From NCBI GenBank assembly GCA_964016885.1, contig OZ024742.1:171554001-171618000 (forward strand): 64,000 nt of DNA, written 5' to 3'. This document shows positions 1-13,258 of the stretch, piece by piece. The notes beneath the pieces were generated by a model. That model was not told the origin of the DNA. It was given only the letters and a program-made list of their open reading frames with translations, and did no database searches. Position 1 is the first letter of the stretch. Each line of letters begins with the position of its first letter. The stretch is from Eledone cirrhosa (Eukaryota). The position numbers and the translations under genes are program-made.

Positions 1-75
1 ATTCTTCGTTCTGTTTAATTACATTGAGCTATATCTTATACTGTCATTTCTATAATATGAAGAGTGTGTTTAACT

Positions 76-115
<40 letters not shown>

Positions 116-133
116 GCAAGCACACACTCACAT

Positions 134-166
<33 letters not shown>

Positions 167-731
167 ATGTACGTTTCCATACGTCGGATTTACTGTCGCT
201 GCTCTCTGACTTAAAATGCCACCACTTTCTATTAGGAGTTGCAACCGACAGATATGAATAACAATAGAAACAACAATGGCTATAAGCTTTTCTCAAGCTA
301 ATATTTTAGTAGAGGTCGGTATGAAACGAACTCCTTAAGCACACGGCCTTATATATAACTGAAATAATTCCTACAAAAATTCCGTGGCTGTTTTATGTAG
401 GGTGGTCTTGCTGTTGATGTGTGATAGGGGTTGATTTAATGATAGTAGTGGATGGAATTTAGAACAATGAGATACTCCCAAGAAAACATTCAACAGCAGA
501 TCTATTTTATGTAGTAGATGAGGAGATAGCAATCTATATGTTATGGTATTTCTTACACCTAATGTTTTTGAAAGAACAATAGTGAAACAGCTGCTCCATG
601 ACAAATACATAAGTATACACACGTTAATATAAAGGGCGTGGTGGATTAAGGTAGGATAAGAGTGTGAAGTATTCCACTTGTAACATATTTCAAGAAGAAC
701 GAATATTGTAGAGAGGAATACGCGTGCGCGT

Positions 732-828
<97 letters not shown>

Positions 829-1015
829 CATATAAATATATGTATATATGTGTGTGTGCATATAAATATATGTATATATGTGTGTGTGCATATAAATATA
901 TGTGTATATATATATGTATATGCACACACACATACATACATATGTGTGTGTGTTTATATATATCTATATTTACATATATGTATATATATATATGCACACA
1001 CACACACACGCACAT

Positions 1016-1052
<37 letters not shown>

Positions 1053-1679
1053 CATATTGCTCTCTCGCACACACACTCTCTCTCTCTCTGTATATATATT
1101 TTTTTCATTTATATATATATTTATGTATATAAACTATATTTTGTTTAGTTGCCTAATACTCTACAATTCTTTTCATACCTCATTGTGTATCTCACCCGAA
1201 ATTATGCAATATCTTTAATTTTATATATCCGTATGTGCAACTTTCATTGATAGAAAAAAACACGTACCCGGAACACATGCAAGGCGACATTACTAAACAA
1301 TATCATAGGCTCCACTACTAAATGTTGTGTTTCCTGTGTGGCGAATTCAAGTATGTCTTATATCAAAATTGTTCTATACATACACAGGTTCTTGCATCAG
1401 TGGAATAAAGAGCCATGGAACAAAAGTGGTTAAACCACCGGGTGTTAATGGTCTAATGCTGAAAAACTGAACCTAAATTGTACTGTAGTATGAATTCTAC
1501 AGACGTTTTGTGATTCAAGTCACCTTAAATAACTTCGAAAGTCTCACAGAAAATATAAATACATCCGAATAAAATACAAATTTCTCTGCATATATATATA
1601 CATACGAAACTGAAATGTAAAAACTACCCCTTCTTCTTCCTCAGATAATTTTCTGCATGAGGCTGCTATGGTGCCTACA

Positions 1680-2700
1680 ACTTAAAGACAAATGTTATCG
1701 GAGTACACAAAAACAGTGTTTGTATATAGACAATTTCAGGTCCTATGCTGTATATGATAAACAACTAGAAACATTTCTGCATGCAGTACAGGGATTTGTA
1801 AGAGGAATTCATATTAGAGGCGGTTGACTAACACTAGGAAATCTTGAACATATGAAATCTAATTAATATCCCTAATAACACGTATATAGAAAAAGAAAGA
1901 GATACGAGGATTTAACCAAACACAGACACAGATATTTATGTTTGGAGTCAATGAACTAGACGTAGTAAAACAAAATAACAATCAAATAGTAAAACACTAA
2001 AAATGTTTAGGAATGAATATTATAGACACATCAGATTAACAAGGAGCCAAATATATAAAATAAGGTAATAGGCATCAATACCATCTCAGCAATAATTCAT
2101 AGTAATTATATTCTAAAATAGAAATAAATCTAAATGGAATAGAAAACACACACACACACACACACTAAATGAACGAGCAAATCGCTGCAGAAAAAAAGAA
2201 CATGAATAACAATGTCCTCATTTAGAATACATGAACCAAAATCAGACATAGAAAGATTATATTTACCCCAAATACAGACAGGAAGGGGCCTTCTGCAACT
2301 AGAAAACTAATATAAAATATTCGAAGCTGGATTACATAAAAAAATAGTAAAGAATAATGTAAAAATAATGCACATATCAACTAAATAGGAATAAAACTAA
2401 AAAAAAACTGTTTTCTTCCTTCAAATAAGCCAACATATATATAAATCAAAGACAGAGATGACAAATAAACATGAAAAGTAAAAGACAAAACAGCGAAAAC
2501 TGAAAGATAGACACACTACGCTAAAGCGGGGAGAACGGTATGCCATGATCAAGTAATGGTAAGAAAAACACATAGAAAAATGGCAACACTGGCTAAAAGG
2601 CCTGGGACTCAATATTGAAATCGAAGGTTTATGAATTGAAATACATGACCAATGACTTGTAAACATTGCAAAATACTGTAAGGGATCAAAATGCATTAAG
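1680..2700 (+). mobile_element. Decayed R4/Dong-type non-LTR retrotransposon fragment (end of RT and post-RT region)
   Basis: Manual translation across stops/frameshifts gives CLYIDNFRSYAVYDKQLETFLHAV (cf. LLYMDDLKLYA..QL), NKVIGINT, IERLYLP and KWQHWLKGLGLNIEIEG..IHDQ (cf. WL..G.L..ETEG...QDQ), motifs typical of R4/Dong ORFs. Confidence 0.55.
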
Positions 2701-2899
2701 TAATTTCAGAATAATAATAAGGAAAAAACAATTAACCACCTTCTCTCTATCTCTTTAGAGGGGCTATGCGGAACAATGATGGACTTAGCACCATCCTAGA
2801 CATCCCTGGAATCTGTACGCTACAACAGGCTGGCTGCTTGCCTGGTGGGGCAATACTGAATTATCAGAGAAACGGAAAGGTTGCTAGGAAAATTACTGG

Positions 2900-3500
2900 T
2901 GAGCAAGGCTATTATAGAAGACAGTCAAAGAATGATAACAACATAGATTGAGTTTATTTTTGACAAGCTTTTGACTATACTACATTTTTAGATACTGGAG
3001 ACACTACATATAAACATGCAGCTTCAAAACTATCATGTTACGTAAATCTTACGATGTAAATATGAAAGACAATAAACAGACGCCAAAGAGATAACAGAAA
3101 TCATCAGATGCTCGTGACGTATGTTTAAAGTGCAGGAGTCACCAAAGTAATGTCGTAGGTACGATTTCTGGAACGGTGGCATGTTGTGATCTTGGGCAAA
3201 TGACTTCATATCACTTTCCTCGAGTAACCTGAATCGGAAGACAGAAGCAACAGTATCTAGTCGGTTAAATAACAATCACTTCGTGAGGAAACTCTGATGT
3301 GACGATATATTAAAACCTATATTAATGCACATAATAAAGGGGATTCTACAAGAGGATACGTTATCCTCTCAACGCTTCTGCCTAACCATTAGGAAATATG
3401 CTAAATGAAAATATTAATAGCATTAAACACTTCAGGGAAATTATGAACCAGCCTCTGTATATGGCTGGTCTTCCATAATTGCTAATATATTTATAGATAT
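2900..3500 (+). mobile_element. Second decayed R4/Dong-like RT fragment, apparently interrupted at about 3030-3310
   Basis: Remnants of a KAFD-like motif (about 2965), IIKGILQEDTLSSQRFCL (cf. GIFQGDSLSPLLFCL, about 3330-3385) and MNQPLYMAGL (cf. NHLLYMDDL, about 3443). Confidence 0.45.
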
Positions 3501-4253
3501 TATAAATCCATTAGCTGCATTTGATAAATGAAGAAGCTACATGAAACCCCCCAATAAGAGATGTTAATCGATTAAGGATGCTATTGGAAATACTTAAATG
3601 TTGCATGTTTACATGTCTATAAACTTAATGTGCATATATACATATATATGCAATATCGAGTATTCATGTACGCTATTCATAAATTATATTATACTGGCTT
3701 CAGTCATTAGACTGGGGCCATCCTGTAGAATTACAGTTTTCGCCTGACCAATGTAACTCACACGGTTTGGGTGGGCACCTGACCAAGATGCTCCGCTGTG
3801 GGATCGCACCCATCACCTCATGCTGCAGCGAAATATTCAACAATTAGACAATACAAATATGTATTTCAATGGGTCTGCATTGTTTTCGAAGATAGGCGTG
3901 TCAATTGTTCATTCAACGGAAAGCCTGTCCGTAAAATTAACATGCAATTGCTCTAAGCATTGTACCATTAATGTCGTTCTCAAAGGTGATCAGTGATAAA
4001 AGTGATAAAATGAATAGCAATGCTGGCCCATTGGAAGAAAAGAACAAACCATACTACAGGCTTCCAAAAAGAATCCGTCGATTCATCGTCTCCCAAAGGC
4101 ATAGGGTGAACCATGGCTAAATGAAAGGTCACTTATCCACGATGATATTCAGTTGGACCCAACCTAGTACCTAATAGTTGTGAAACTAAATTCCTTACCA
4201 CTTGACCATGCTGCGACCATTGATATATACCAAACCAATTTTGTTTTACGTTT

Positions 4254-4323
<70 letters not shown>

Positions 4324-4699
4324 TTGCGAGGTTTTTGATATGAAATCGTGTTTCGAAACAAATATTGTTATACTTGGGGAGGGCCATATTGTTGTAATAA
4401 ATATATACACAAGCGCAATAACAACGAACACATATAAACACACACTAATTAACTAAGATAGAATACAATAACCGAAACACAGTCACCCAAACGCGAATAC
4501 ACACACCAAACACTATACACACACGCAAACGCATGCGCAGAGAAGAAGACAAAAATAAATAAATAAACAAACAGATAAAATAAAAATGGCGTAGGCATAC
4601 AATACAACAGGAGGAACATAATAGTACCACTGATGATGTTGCAGATCTGCAACGAAAGAACTTTGTTAGACTATATATATGTATTTTTATATATATATG

Positions 4700-5132
4700 C
4701 ATTTCATGGTATTATCTTACATTTGATAAAATCTACCTCCTTTAATTGCCATCTGTTATAATCATTTATTTTGTTTTATTCCACTAATCCCTTGATTCTC
4801 TCTCTTGCTATATAATAGAAGCCTATACATATATATACAGCCCCTTCACCATAACACACACAAACATTGACATATACCCCCATACGTATACATTTATATA
4901 TATATATAGGAAAAGACTCTTTTCTTATATATATATAAATGTATACATATGGGGGTATATGTCAATGTTTGTGTGTGTTATGGTGAAGGGGCTGTATATA
5001 TATTTATATGCTTCTGTTATATAGCAAGAGAGAGAATGAAGGGATTAGTGGTAAAAAACAAAATGAATGATTATAACAGATGGCAATTAAGAGAGGTAGA
5101 TTTTATCACATGTAAGATAATACCATGAAATG
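4700..5132. repeat. Diverged palindrome of about 430 bp (fold-back), axis near 4918
   Basis: 4700-4915 is the reverse complement of 4920-5132 with scattered mismatches; the left edge abuts a (TA)n tract. Confidence 0.9.
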
Positions 5133-5573
5133 TTTGGGAATTCTACGTATTCATTATATCATTCATTTTATTTTTATTTTTATATATTTCACATAATAGT
5201 TAACATTCTATTCTCTTCCTTTCCACATCCACATGTGTCTTCTCTTTTTTATACTTATTTAAATTCTGCGTATGATGAAATATTTGGTGATAAGACTAAT
5301 CTTTACAAGATGCAATTCCCGTGCAAGTATTGGCAGGAGACGTCGAGCTGTAAATATTTAAATAACAGGGAGGGGATTCTATTACTCCTGAACAACGATG
5401 GCTAATAAAAAGATGGAAATGATAGGGTCTATGCATTTCCTCACAGAAGGATGGAATGACCGAACACGCTGTATCATGAATGTGTTTTGTGTGGTGTGGA
5501 AAGACATGCAATGAAATCCTCATAAAATCAAGTGCTATGTGAGAATACTCACAGATGGTATTGTAGTATCGTA

Positions 5574-5608
<35 letters not shown>

Positions 5609-5762
5609 CTATATATATAATTAGAATTGGTGCTCTGAAATTGCGATATATATATATGTGGGTATATATAGTGTATTTTGCAATACATTGTATGCTTAAT
5701 TAAAAGCATTTCGAAGACCTTACGCTATTGTTTTAGAGCAGTGACAGTCTCACTTACTTTAA

Positions 5763-5857
5763 ATTTTCAGCAAACAGGGGAGATAAAGCTGACAGAGCTC
5801 TGTTTCGTACTTTTTGGTACTTATCAAAGCTAAGTACTCCACCTGTTTGCTGAAAAT
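5763..5857 (-). ncRNA. Type I hammerhead ribozyme, U3-A8 core variant (copy 1)
   Basis: Minus strand reads AGCT-TTGATAA-GTAC(CAAAAA)GTAC-GAAA-CAGAGCTCTG-TC-AGCT inside a long interrupted stem I (ATTTTCAGCAAACAGG...CCTGTTTGCTGAAAAT). Confidence 0.85.
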
Positions 5858-6101
5858 CATGAATATTTGATTCTTATAGAATTCTAGTAATAATCAGGAA
5901 CTGATTATACAGAGCAGTTGCCGGTCAGGCAGAAATTGAAAATTAGAATTGGCGCTCTGAAATAGCGATATATATATATGAATGTATATATAGTGTATTT
6001 TGCAACACCAATTCTAATTTTCATTTCTGCTTGACCCGCAACCGCTCCGTATAATCAGTTCCTGATTATTACTAGAATTCTATAAGAATCAAACATTCAT
6101 G

Positions 6102-6196
6102 ATTTTCAGCAAACAGGTGGAGTACTTAGCTTTGATAAGTACCAACAAGTACGAAACAGAGCTCTGTCAGCTTTATCTCCCCTGTTGGTTGAAAAT
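6102..6196 (+). ncRNA. Type I hammerhead ribozyme, U3-A8 core variant (copy 2); predicted cleavage after C6168
   Basis: AGCT 6128-6131, TTGATAA 6132-6138, stem II GTAC/CAACAA/GTAC 6139-6152, GAAA 6153-6156, palindromic stem III CAGAGCTCTG 6157-6166, TC, AGCT 6169-6172. Confidence 0.85.
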
Positions 6197-6301
6197 GTAA
6201 AGTAAGTGAGACTGTCACTGCTCTAAAACAATAGCGTAAGGTCTTCGAAACGCTTTTACTTAAGCATACGGTGTATTACAAAATACACTATATATACATT
6301 C

Positions 6302-6334
<33 letters not shown>

Positions 6335-6597
6335 GAGAGAGAGGGGGAGAAAGATAGATACTTAGGCGTGTCGTAGGATTAGGCATTTAGGAAATGGTTA
6401 GCCACATAAATAAACAGTGAAGGTAACAGAAGCTGGTATATGATGCTATGTGTAGAACAGTTTTCGAAATATAGTGCGTATCAGTATATTGTGCGTATCA
6501 GTCCATTTTTTAAACACACATACATACCGACATATTGTATGTTTATATCCCTATAACATATATATATATATACATATGTACACACAAATATATATAT

Positions 6598-6787
6598 GGC
6601 GGTGGATTGGCAGTATCGCTAGAGGGTCGGACGCCATGCTTTGACGTATAGAGTTACGGCCCTTGCCATTCTGAGTTCAAATCCCACCGAGGTTAACTTT
6701 GCCTTTCATCCTTACGGGGGTCGATAAAATAAAGTACCATTAATGCACTGGCTAATTGCTGGCCTTGTGCCAATAGTAGAAACAATT
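6598..6787 (+). mobile_element. tRNA-derived SINE, family 1 (full length, about 190 bp)
   Basis: A-box-like TGGCAGTATCG, B-box GAGTTCAAATCC, central GCCTTTCATCCTTACGGGGTCGATAAAATAAAGTACC, tail GGCCTTGTGCCAA..GTAGAAACAATT; many copies in the window. Confidence 0.85.
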
Positions 6788-6888
6788 ATATAATATATAT
6801 ATATATTATATTATATAATATATATATATAGACATATATATAATATATATATATTATATAATATAAATATATATGAGGAAAATATATA

Positions 6889-6921
<33 letters not shown>

Positions 6922-6922
<1 letters not shown>

Positions 6923-7122
6923 GTAGGTCCCGGGTTGAGTCGGGGATAACCACAGTCAGTAAGGTACTCAATACATGGCAGAGTAAAATATATTTATTGT
7001 ATAGAAGGAGCTTCTACAGGACTAGTACTGTTTCATTCAGATGTAATCTTCAGGAACCTGCAGATTTCATCTGAATGAAACAGTACTAGTCCTGTAGAAG
7101 CTCCTTCTATACAATAAATATA
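6922..7122 (-). mobile_element. Short PLE-terminus-like fold-back element with minimal HHR-like motif (family B)
   Basis: Flanked by (TA)n; 7061-7122 inverts 6988-7048; minus strand reads CTGAAGA-TTACATCTGAAT-GAAA-CAGTAC-TA-GTCCTGTAG; related copy at 16560-16726. Confidence 0.7.
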
Positions 7123-7132
7123 TATATATATA

Positions 7133-7167
<35 letters not shown>

Positions 7168-7276
7168 CATGCCTCTTTGTGTGTTTGTGTATATAGTTAT
7201 ATATATGTTCTTGTGTATTTGTTTCGGTGTCCTTACTTTCAAGCTCATGTGTACTGATGTGTGGAGATATATATTC

Positions 7277-7380
7277 TCCGCCGAGGTTAACTTTGCCTTT
7301 CATCCTTACAGGGTCGATAAAATAAAGTACCAGTAATGTACTGGGTAATTGCTGGCCTTGTGCCAAATGTAGAAACAATA
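7277..7380 (+). mobile_element. SINE family 1, 3' half
   Basis: Matches 6683-6787. Confidence 0.85.
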
Positions 7381-7724
7381 TATATTCATATATACTAATA
7401 TCTGCTTCGAAAGTAATATTAGAATGTTTGTCCTCACATCCATTCGCTAGCGTTTAAGTGTAGTAGTATATATACTGTATACCTCCCTGATGCACCATGG
7501 CTGAATGGTTGAGAGGTTGCTTCGCAATCATTTGGTCTGGAGTTCTATTCTATTGCATTGTTTCTTCGGGAAATATCACTTAACATATTCTCAGGTCAGC
7601 CATTGTCTTGCGAGTAAAATTGTGTATGAATAATCTGTTTAGGAGACCAGTAGTTGTAACTCGAAGACACAAACCTTGTCAGAAAATTTCACAAGCTCAA
7701 TCCTATTGAATACTACACTTAACG

Positions 7725-8240
7725 TGCATGTGTGTAGAATGCTGAGTCACTACATGCATGCCTTCTGGCTCTGTGAGCAGTGCGTTGAGCCGGTGTTATC
7801 CCGGTTTCATGACGGGAAGCAGCCGAGATTACAAGTCCCCTTCCTGGACAGTACGCCAGTGCATCGCAGGTCCAAACACTCAGCTATTGTTGGTACTCAT
7901 GTTCAGCTGAGTATAGTGGAGCATGTGTGTAGAATGCATGTGTGTAGAATGCTGAGTCACTGCATGCATGCCTTCTGGCTCTGTGAGCAGTGCGTTGAGC
8001 CGGTGTTATCCCAGTTTCATGACGGGAAGCAGCCCAGATTACTAGTCCCCTTCCTGGACAGTACGCCAGTGCATCGCAGGTTCAAACACTCAGCTATTGT
8101 TGGTACTCATGTTCAGCTGAGTATAGTGGAGCAATGTGAAATGAACTGTTTTGCTGAAGAACACAACACGTATCCCACCCGAGGAATCAAACCCATGACA
8201 TTATGATCGTAAGTTCAGCACCTTTACCACTGAGTCGCTA
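7725..8240 (-). mobile_element. tRNA-headed SINE (family 2) with a tandem duplication of about 200 bp of its body
   Basis: 7725-7923 is nearly identical to 7935-8133; reverse-complement A/B-box-like head at about 8175-8240. The 176-aa ORF 7676-8206 simply reads this duplication. Confidence 0.6.
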
Positions 8241-9802
8241 GTAGAGGCTGTGAACAGGCTGTTTCGTTGACAAAAAACCGGAACACTCATCCTTGAAATC
8301 GATGGAGGTGGAACGATCGCTTGATATGCAATGCACTTCACATATTTGTATAATGATCTCTAGTATATTTTCTCTTCAAATAATCTAACAAAATTGAAGA
8401 ACATGTATAATTCTGGGAATCCAACCAGTGGAACATGAAAGAAGGTATATCAAAATGTACAGCTAACTCATGAATTGATATGCTAAAAATACAGACCAAA
8501 TTACTCTGATATACGCCTCAACGTTAATTCTAGACACACCATATGTCTAAAAATATGTCGGTAGCTAGAAATTGTTTTTTGTTTATACTTGCTAGTCTAG
8601 TTCTGAAGCGACCATGACCTTCAAAGGTCTTACGAAAAATCTGAGAGATTCATACCGATTGTGTTCTGTCTAGAATGTACTAGAATGTACTATGTCCTAA
8701 TAGTTTATTCAAGTCCAATGTTGACTTCAACCTGTGCGCATGTGGGATAACGCAGTCACTGTACAGTTGCCACAAACACACGCACAAACAAAAACAAACA
8801 CATAAATCCACATTCCACCACCGCAGTATCATAGAAAATTTCACTCAAGGTATCAAACTATCTGCTCAATGGATCGGAATAGAAAGATTGGGAGATCGGG
8901 AACGATATCATGAGTGAGCTGAGACATACTATGAAGAAAAGCAGTTTAGAAGCTGGTTAAAAGTCAACCATTTTATTTGAAGAATTACATAATCTGACGT
9001 TGGTGTCGCTCCAAAAATTTGTGGCATGTATATACTTAAAATTTGTTTCAACTGGATCTGGATTTAGAACAATCACCACTTATATCAGAATATAAAAAAA
9101 ATATCCTGAGATTCGTGAGGTGTTTTCACATATCTTAAGGTTGCCATGTGCTATAGTCTAGCATTTGTATACTCTATGCGTAAATATATAAAGTAAATCG
9201 TCGATGTACAATTTTGGGTTCTTAAATACATACAAAAAAATAATAAAGTTCACTTTATAGTTATCATTTGTCCATTGATGTCAACATATCTGTCTAACAG
9301 TTAACGACATCGTTACTGACGTAGTTCCACAGTAGCAGACACACACATACACACATAAAAACACCTAAGTATATAGGTAAGTTGAAATATTTTTTTAATG
9401 TTTCTGGAGGGGTAAAATGGTTTTAAGCTATGGCATTACTTCTTTCAATGCACGAACTCGGGACAAACAACGAGTCACACGCCAAGTGAAGGTGTTTTTG
9501 TGACAGTTCAGCAGTCGGCCATATGTGTCGGGGAAAGATAAATGCGGAATCAGCTTGGCAAATGTGGCGACGGAGCTCCTTTTTTCAGTTGAAGGAACTG
9601 AAGCAACGGGAAATAAAATGTGTTTCTCGAAAACCCAAGGTCCTATCCGGGGCAGGAATAGAACTCACAAACGCATAATAGTGCTTAAAACACCCAAACT
9701 ACTAAGCCAGTAAATCTGTGTGTGGTGTTAATGTATTTGTGTGTGGGGGGGGGGGGGGGGGGGTGGATGTGGGGGGGGGGGTGTTTGTGTGTGTGGGTGT
9801 GG

Positions 9803-9834
<32 letters not shown>

Positions 9835-10072
9835 GTGTGTGCTGCGTGTGTATATATACATGTTTGAATGTTCATCAACAAATCAACATTTTGTTTGAGT
9901 ATATGACTGCGCAACTGCTGAGAAATATGATATAGATCTCAAGTAGGATTATGGGTTGTGTATTGATATATGTACACACATACACACACACACATAACAA
10001 TAAATAAATATATATATATAAATATTTATATATGTATATATATATATATATATGTATATATATACATAAATA

Positions 10073-10104
<32 letters not shown>

Positions 10105-10107
10105 CAT

Positions 10108-10145
<38 letters not shown>

Positions 10146-10531
10146 ATGTGTGTGTGGGTGTGTATGGGGCTGCGTGTGCTCGCGTGTGTGTATGCGTAGT
10201 TATTATGATTATCTCGATCCTTTCTTTGATTGCAACTAAACATAGAATACGCTATGATAGCAATCAGGTAAGATATATATAATACAGTAAGGTGAGACGA
10301 CAACAGCTGCTAATATCATCTATCATTATAAAATATCTTACTATTATATCACACATTTAGAGTGTTTGTTTGTTGTTTGATTTCTTATTTTATTCTTAAT
10401 TTATATTCTACTCGCAGACATTTCGTATCATGGAACTAGAAAAGATAATGGTAAAAACTGAATTACAACAGTGACTCCAAGGAAACTATGGAATTCTAAC
10501 TCAAATTATGGATTCGCTATTATATTTAATA

Positions 10532-10596
<65 letters not shown>

Positions 10597-10641
10597 TATT
10601 TCGCCAATTTCTACCCGCCGAAATGCGGTTCTCGGTAAATT

Positions 10642-10679
<38 letters not shown>

Positions 10680-10776
10680 CATACAGATATATATACATAC
10701 ATACATATATATATACATACATACATATATATACATCTATATATACACACATACACACAGACACACACATACACAA

Positions 10777-10821
<45 letters not shown>

Positions 10822-10905
10822 TACATATATGTATATATACGTATATATATATACATATATACACACACATACACACCCACGCACACACACACACACACAC
10901 ACACA

Positions 10906-10955
<50 letters not shown>
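10532..10955. repeat. Compound (TA)n/(CA)n microsatellite enclosing a 45-bp repeat terminus (10599-10643)
   Basis: TTTCGCCAATTTCTACCCGCCGAAATGCGGTTCTCGGTAAATTTA is a diverged reverse complement of 41757-41802. Confidence 0.85.
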
Positions 10956-10956
<1 letters not shown>

Positions 10957-11454
10957 GCATACGCATATTTGGATTTTCAAGCGCGTGTAAAAGATTGTTT
11001 AATATATGTTTCCATTATATTTTAGTTTACATTCTTTTGCTATCTAAAGTTTCGCACTTATTCACTGATTTCGCAACTGAAGGCAATGTTAGAAGTCGCA
11101 GTATATATATAACATGTGTGTGATAACGAAGAATGGGTAATCTTTGTGAGGAGATTAATTACTATATGCAATTTAGAGGCGGATATCATTCTCTGAAATG
11201 ATAATTTTTCATTGTTCAAAATGCTAAATTACCACCGCACACTTATTCACATGGGCGCGTGATCTCATGCACTCACGCAAATTTGTGTATATGTTTATAT
11301 ATATATATATATATATATGTGTATGTGTGTGTGTGTGTGTGTGTGCGTATGTGTGTGTGTGTGTGTGTGTAAATTGCGAACAGAAATAAAAACACAATCG
11401 GTACAGTATATGGAAGGGATATATTAGGTTAACGCTTGAAATAGCAGGAAGAGG

Positions 11455-11492
11455 TTCTTAAGGTTTCGGGCACTAGTCCTTTATCAGAAGAA
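11455..11492 (-). ncRNA. Degenerate minimal hammerhead of PLE type
   Basis: Minus strand reads TTCTT-CTGATAA-AGGACTAGTGCCC-GAAAC-CTTA-AGAA; G8>A without compensation, probably inactive. Confidence 0.5.
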
Positions 11493-11610
11493 ATAATTCG
11501 AAATAAGATAGATTGAAAGGATAGGCGGAGTGGAATAAACACCCGGTAGACTTGCGATACATTCTACAATCAATTTGAAATATAGCAGCATCAGTACAGA
11601 TAACTATAAT

Positions 11611-11797
11611 AATTGTTTCTACTTTAGGCACGAGGCCAGCAATTACCCAGTGGATTACTGTTACTTTATTTGATCGACCCCGTAAGGATGAAAGGCAAAG
11701 TTAACTTCAGCAGGATTTGAACTCAGATCGTAAAGGGACGTAACTATGCTGGAACGCATGGCGTCCGACCCTCTACCAATACTGCCAATCCACCGCC
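11611..11797 (-). mobile_element. SINE family 1, full length
   Basis: Reverse complement of the 6598-6787 consensus. Confidence 0.85.
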
Positions 11798-12302
11798 TAT
11801 AATAATAGTTGTAGACTATACATAGTAGTTTTAATATATCGGTTAAATCATTCCTCGTGGCAGGAAAAATAGGCAGAGTCGTTCATTTCGGGGCAGAGCA
11901 ATCACCCAGTTCGGTGTACTCGTTTATTCCAGCTGTGTTAACTGGAGTGACGGAAAATAAAATGTCTTGCTGAGAACAAAACGTAGCACTCGGTCCAGGG
12001 ATCATACCCAATCTTACGTTTGCGAGCCCAACACACTAACTACTAGCTATATATATATATATATCAACGCCTATCATGAGCACGTAACTCCTGGTGGAAG
12101 CTTACTGGCGCTTTCAGGGTCATTTTCAATGTTGCTACCCTAGGTCTCAATGTCGAGATCGAGTGATAGACAAAGGGAGGTAGATGTACCCCCCCCCCCA
12201 CACACACACACATACTCGCACACATACTCGCACACATACTCGCACACATACCTCCCTCCCCCCGCGACACACACAAACACACACACATATATATATATAT
12301 TC

Positions 12303-12337
<35 letters not shown>

Positions 12338-12679
12338 GAGAGAGAGAGAGAGTGAATGAAATAAATTTAGGAGTTGAGAAAGACAAAGTAAAAAAAGCAT
12401 ATAGACGACACTATCTTAGTAACTAAAAATTAATATATTTATTGAAATGATAAAAGCTAAATTTGACTTCGGCGGGGTTTGAACTCTGAAGGCAGAGAGA
12501 ACGAATGTTAAAATTATCCTATACACCATTCAAATACACACACATACACACACGCACACACAAATCTATGCAAACACACATGCACATTTTTTCAACTGGT
12601 TTTCCTATCAATATACACGTAAATATAATATACAGATATGTACATATATGTATGTATGTATGTATATTTTTATACATAC

Positions 12680-13258
12680 TGGTAACATGTATCCCAGTAA
12701 ACCTCTCCCATGGTCGGGTCGTTGGCGACTAAACTGGCAACCCCACCAAGGTTTCCTGGTGAGGAGGGTGACTTTGGACATCCTGCAGGACTAAAAACAA
12801 AACCTGTCAAAGGGCAAAGGAGCTCTTAAGAGTCAATGGCCATCCAAAATCACCGGGAGAGATGACCCCTTAGCCTTTGTCAAGGCAGAATTCTAGGAGA
12901 AGGAAAACTCTGATATAACACCTGCAACCATGATGGTATCCAATGATGTTGACTTGTTCTTCTTTTTGGTAAATATCATCTTGGTTAAGAGAGTGGGACT
13001 GGCTTTGTGCAGTGCCTTTGCTCACTATAAAAGCTTCACGGCACAGGCATTGCTTTATATCTGGAGATCTCTCTGCACTTGTCGTCACATGGTACCATGG
13101 GCCCAGCACTGTGTGTCAATAATTGTCACAGGTGTAGTGTTTGTACCAGAGTTTTCAAGTCGCTGGCTGGACTCAAAAGTCACACTCGTTCAGCGCAATC
13201 GGTAGGCGTTCTCCTACATGGATATAAAGTAGTGGCCATACTCGAAAACGAGCCACCA
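12680..13258 (+). mobile_element. Internally deleted, non-autonomous RTE-clade LINE derivative (5' UTR joined to 3' end)
   Basis: RTE-like leader (CTAGGAGAAGGAAAACTCTGA, about 12892) followed within about 250 bp by the RTE C-terminal zinc finger CSVCTRVFKSLAGLKSHTR (ORF 13079-13279) and a 3' end running into an AT/TG tract. Confidence 0.6.

Larger units (their letters stand above)
5619..6310. mobile_element. Retrozyme-like or PLE-derived unit: 322-bp period (1.2 tandem copies) plus an inverted copy, flanked by (TA)n
   Basis: 5619-5683 is directly repeated at 5941-6005; 6008-6310 is the reverse complement of about 5650-5950; each arm carries a hammerhead. Confidence 0.75.

Noticed and set aside
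7676-8206. 176-aa ORF with an internal repeat
   Set aside because: Antisense reading of a tandemly duplicated SINE body; non-ATG start.
12064-12185. Minus-strand TTGAAAA...GAAA motif as another U3-A8 hammerhead
   Set aside because: No pairing for stems II or III.
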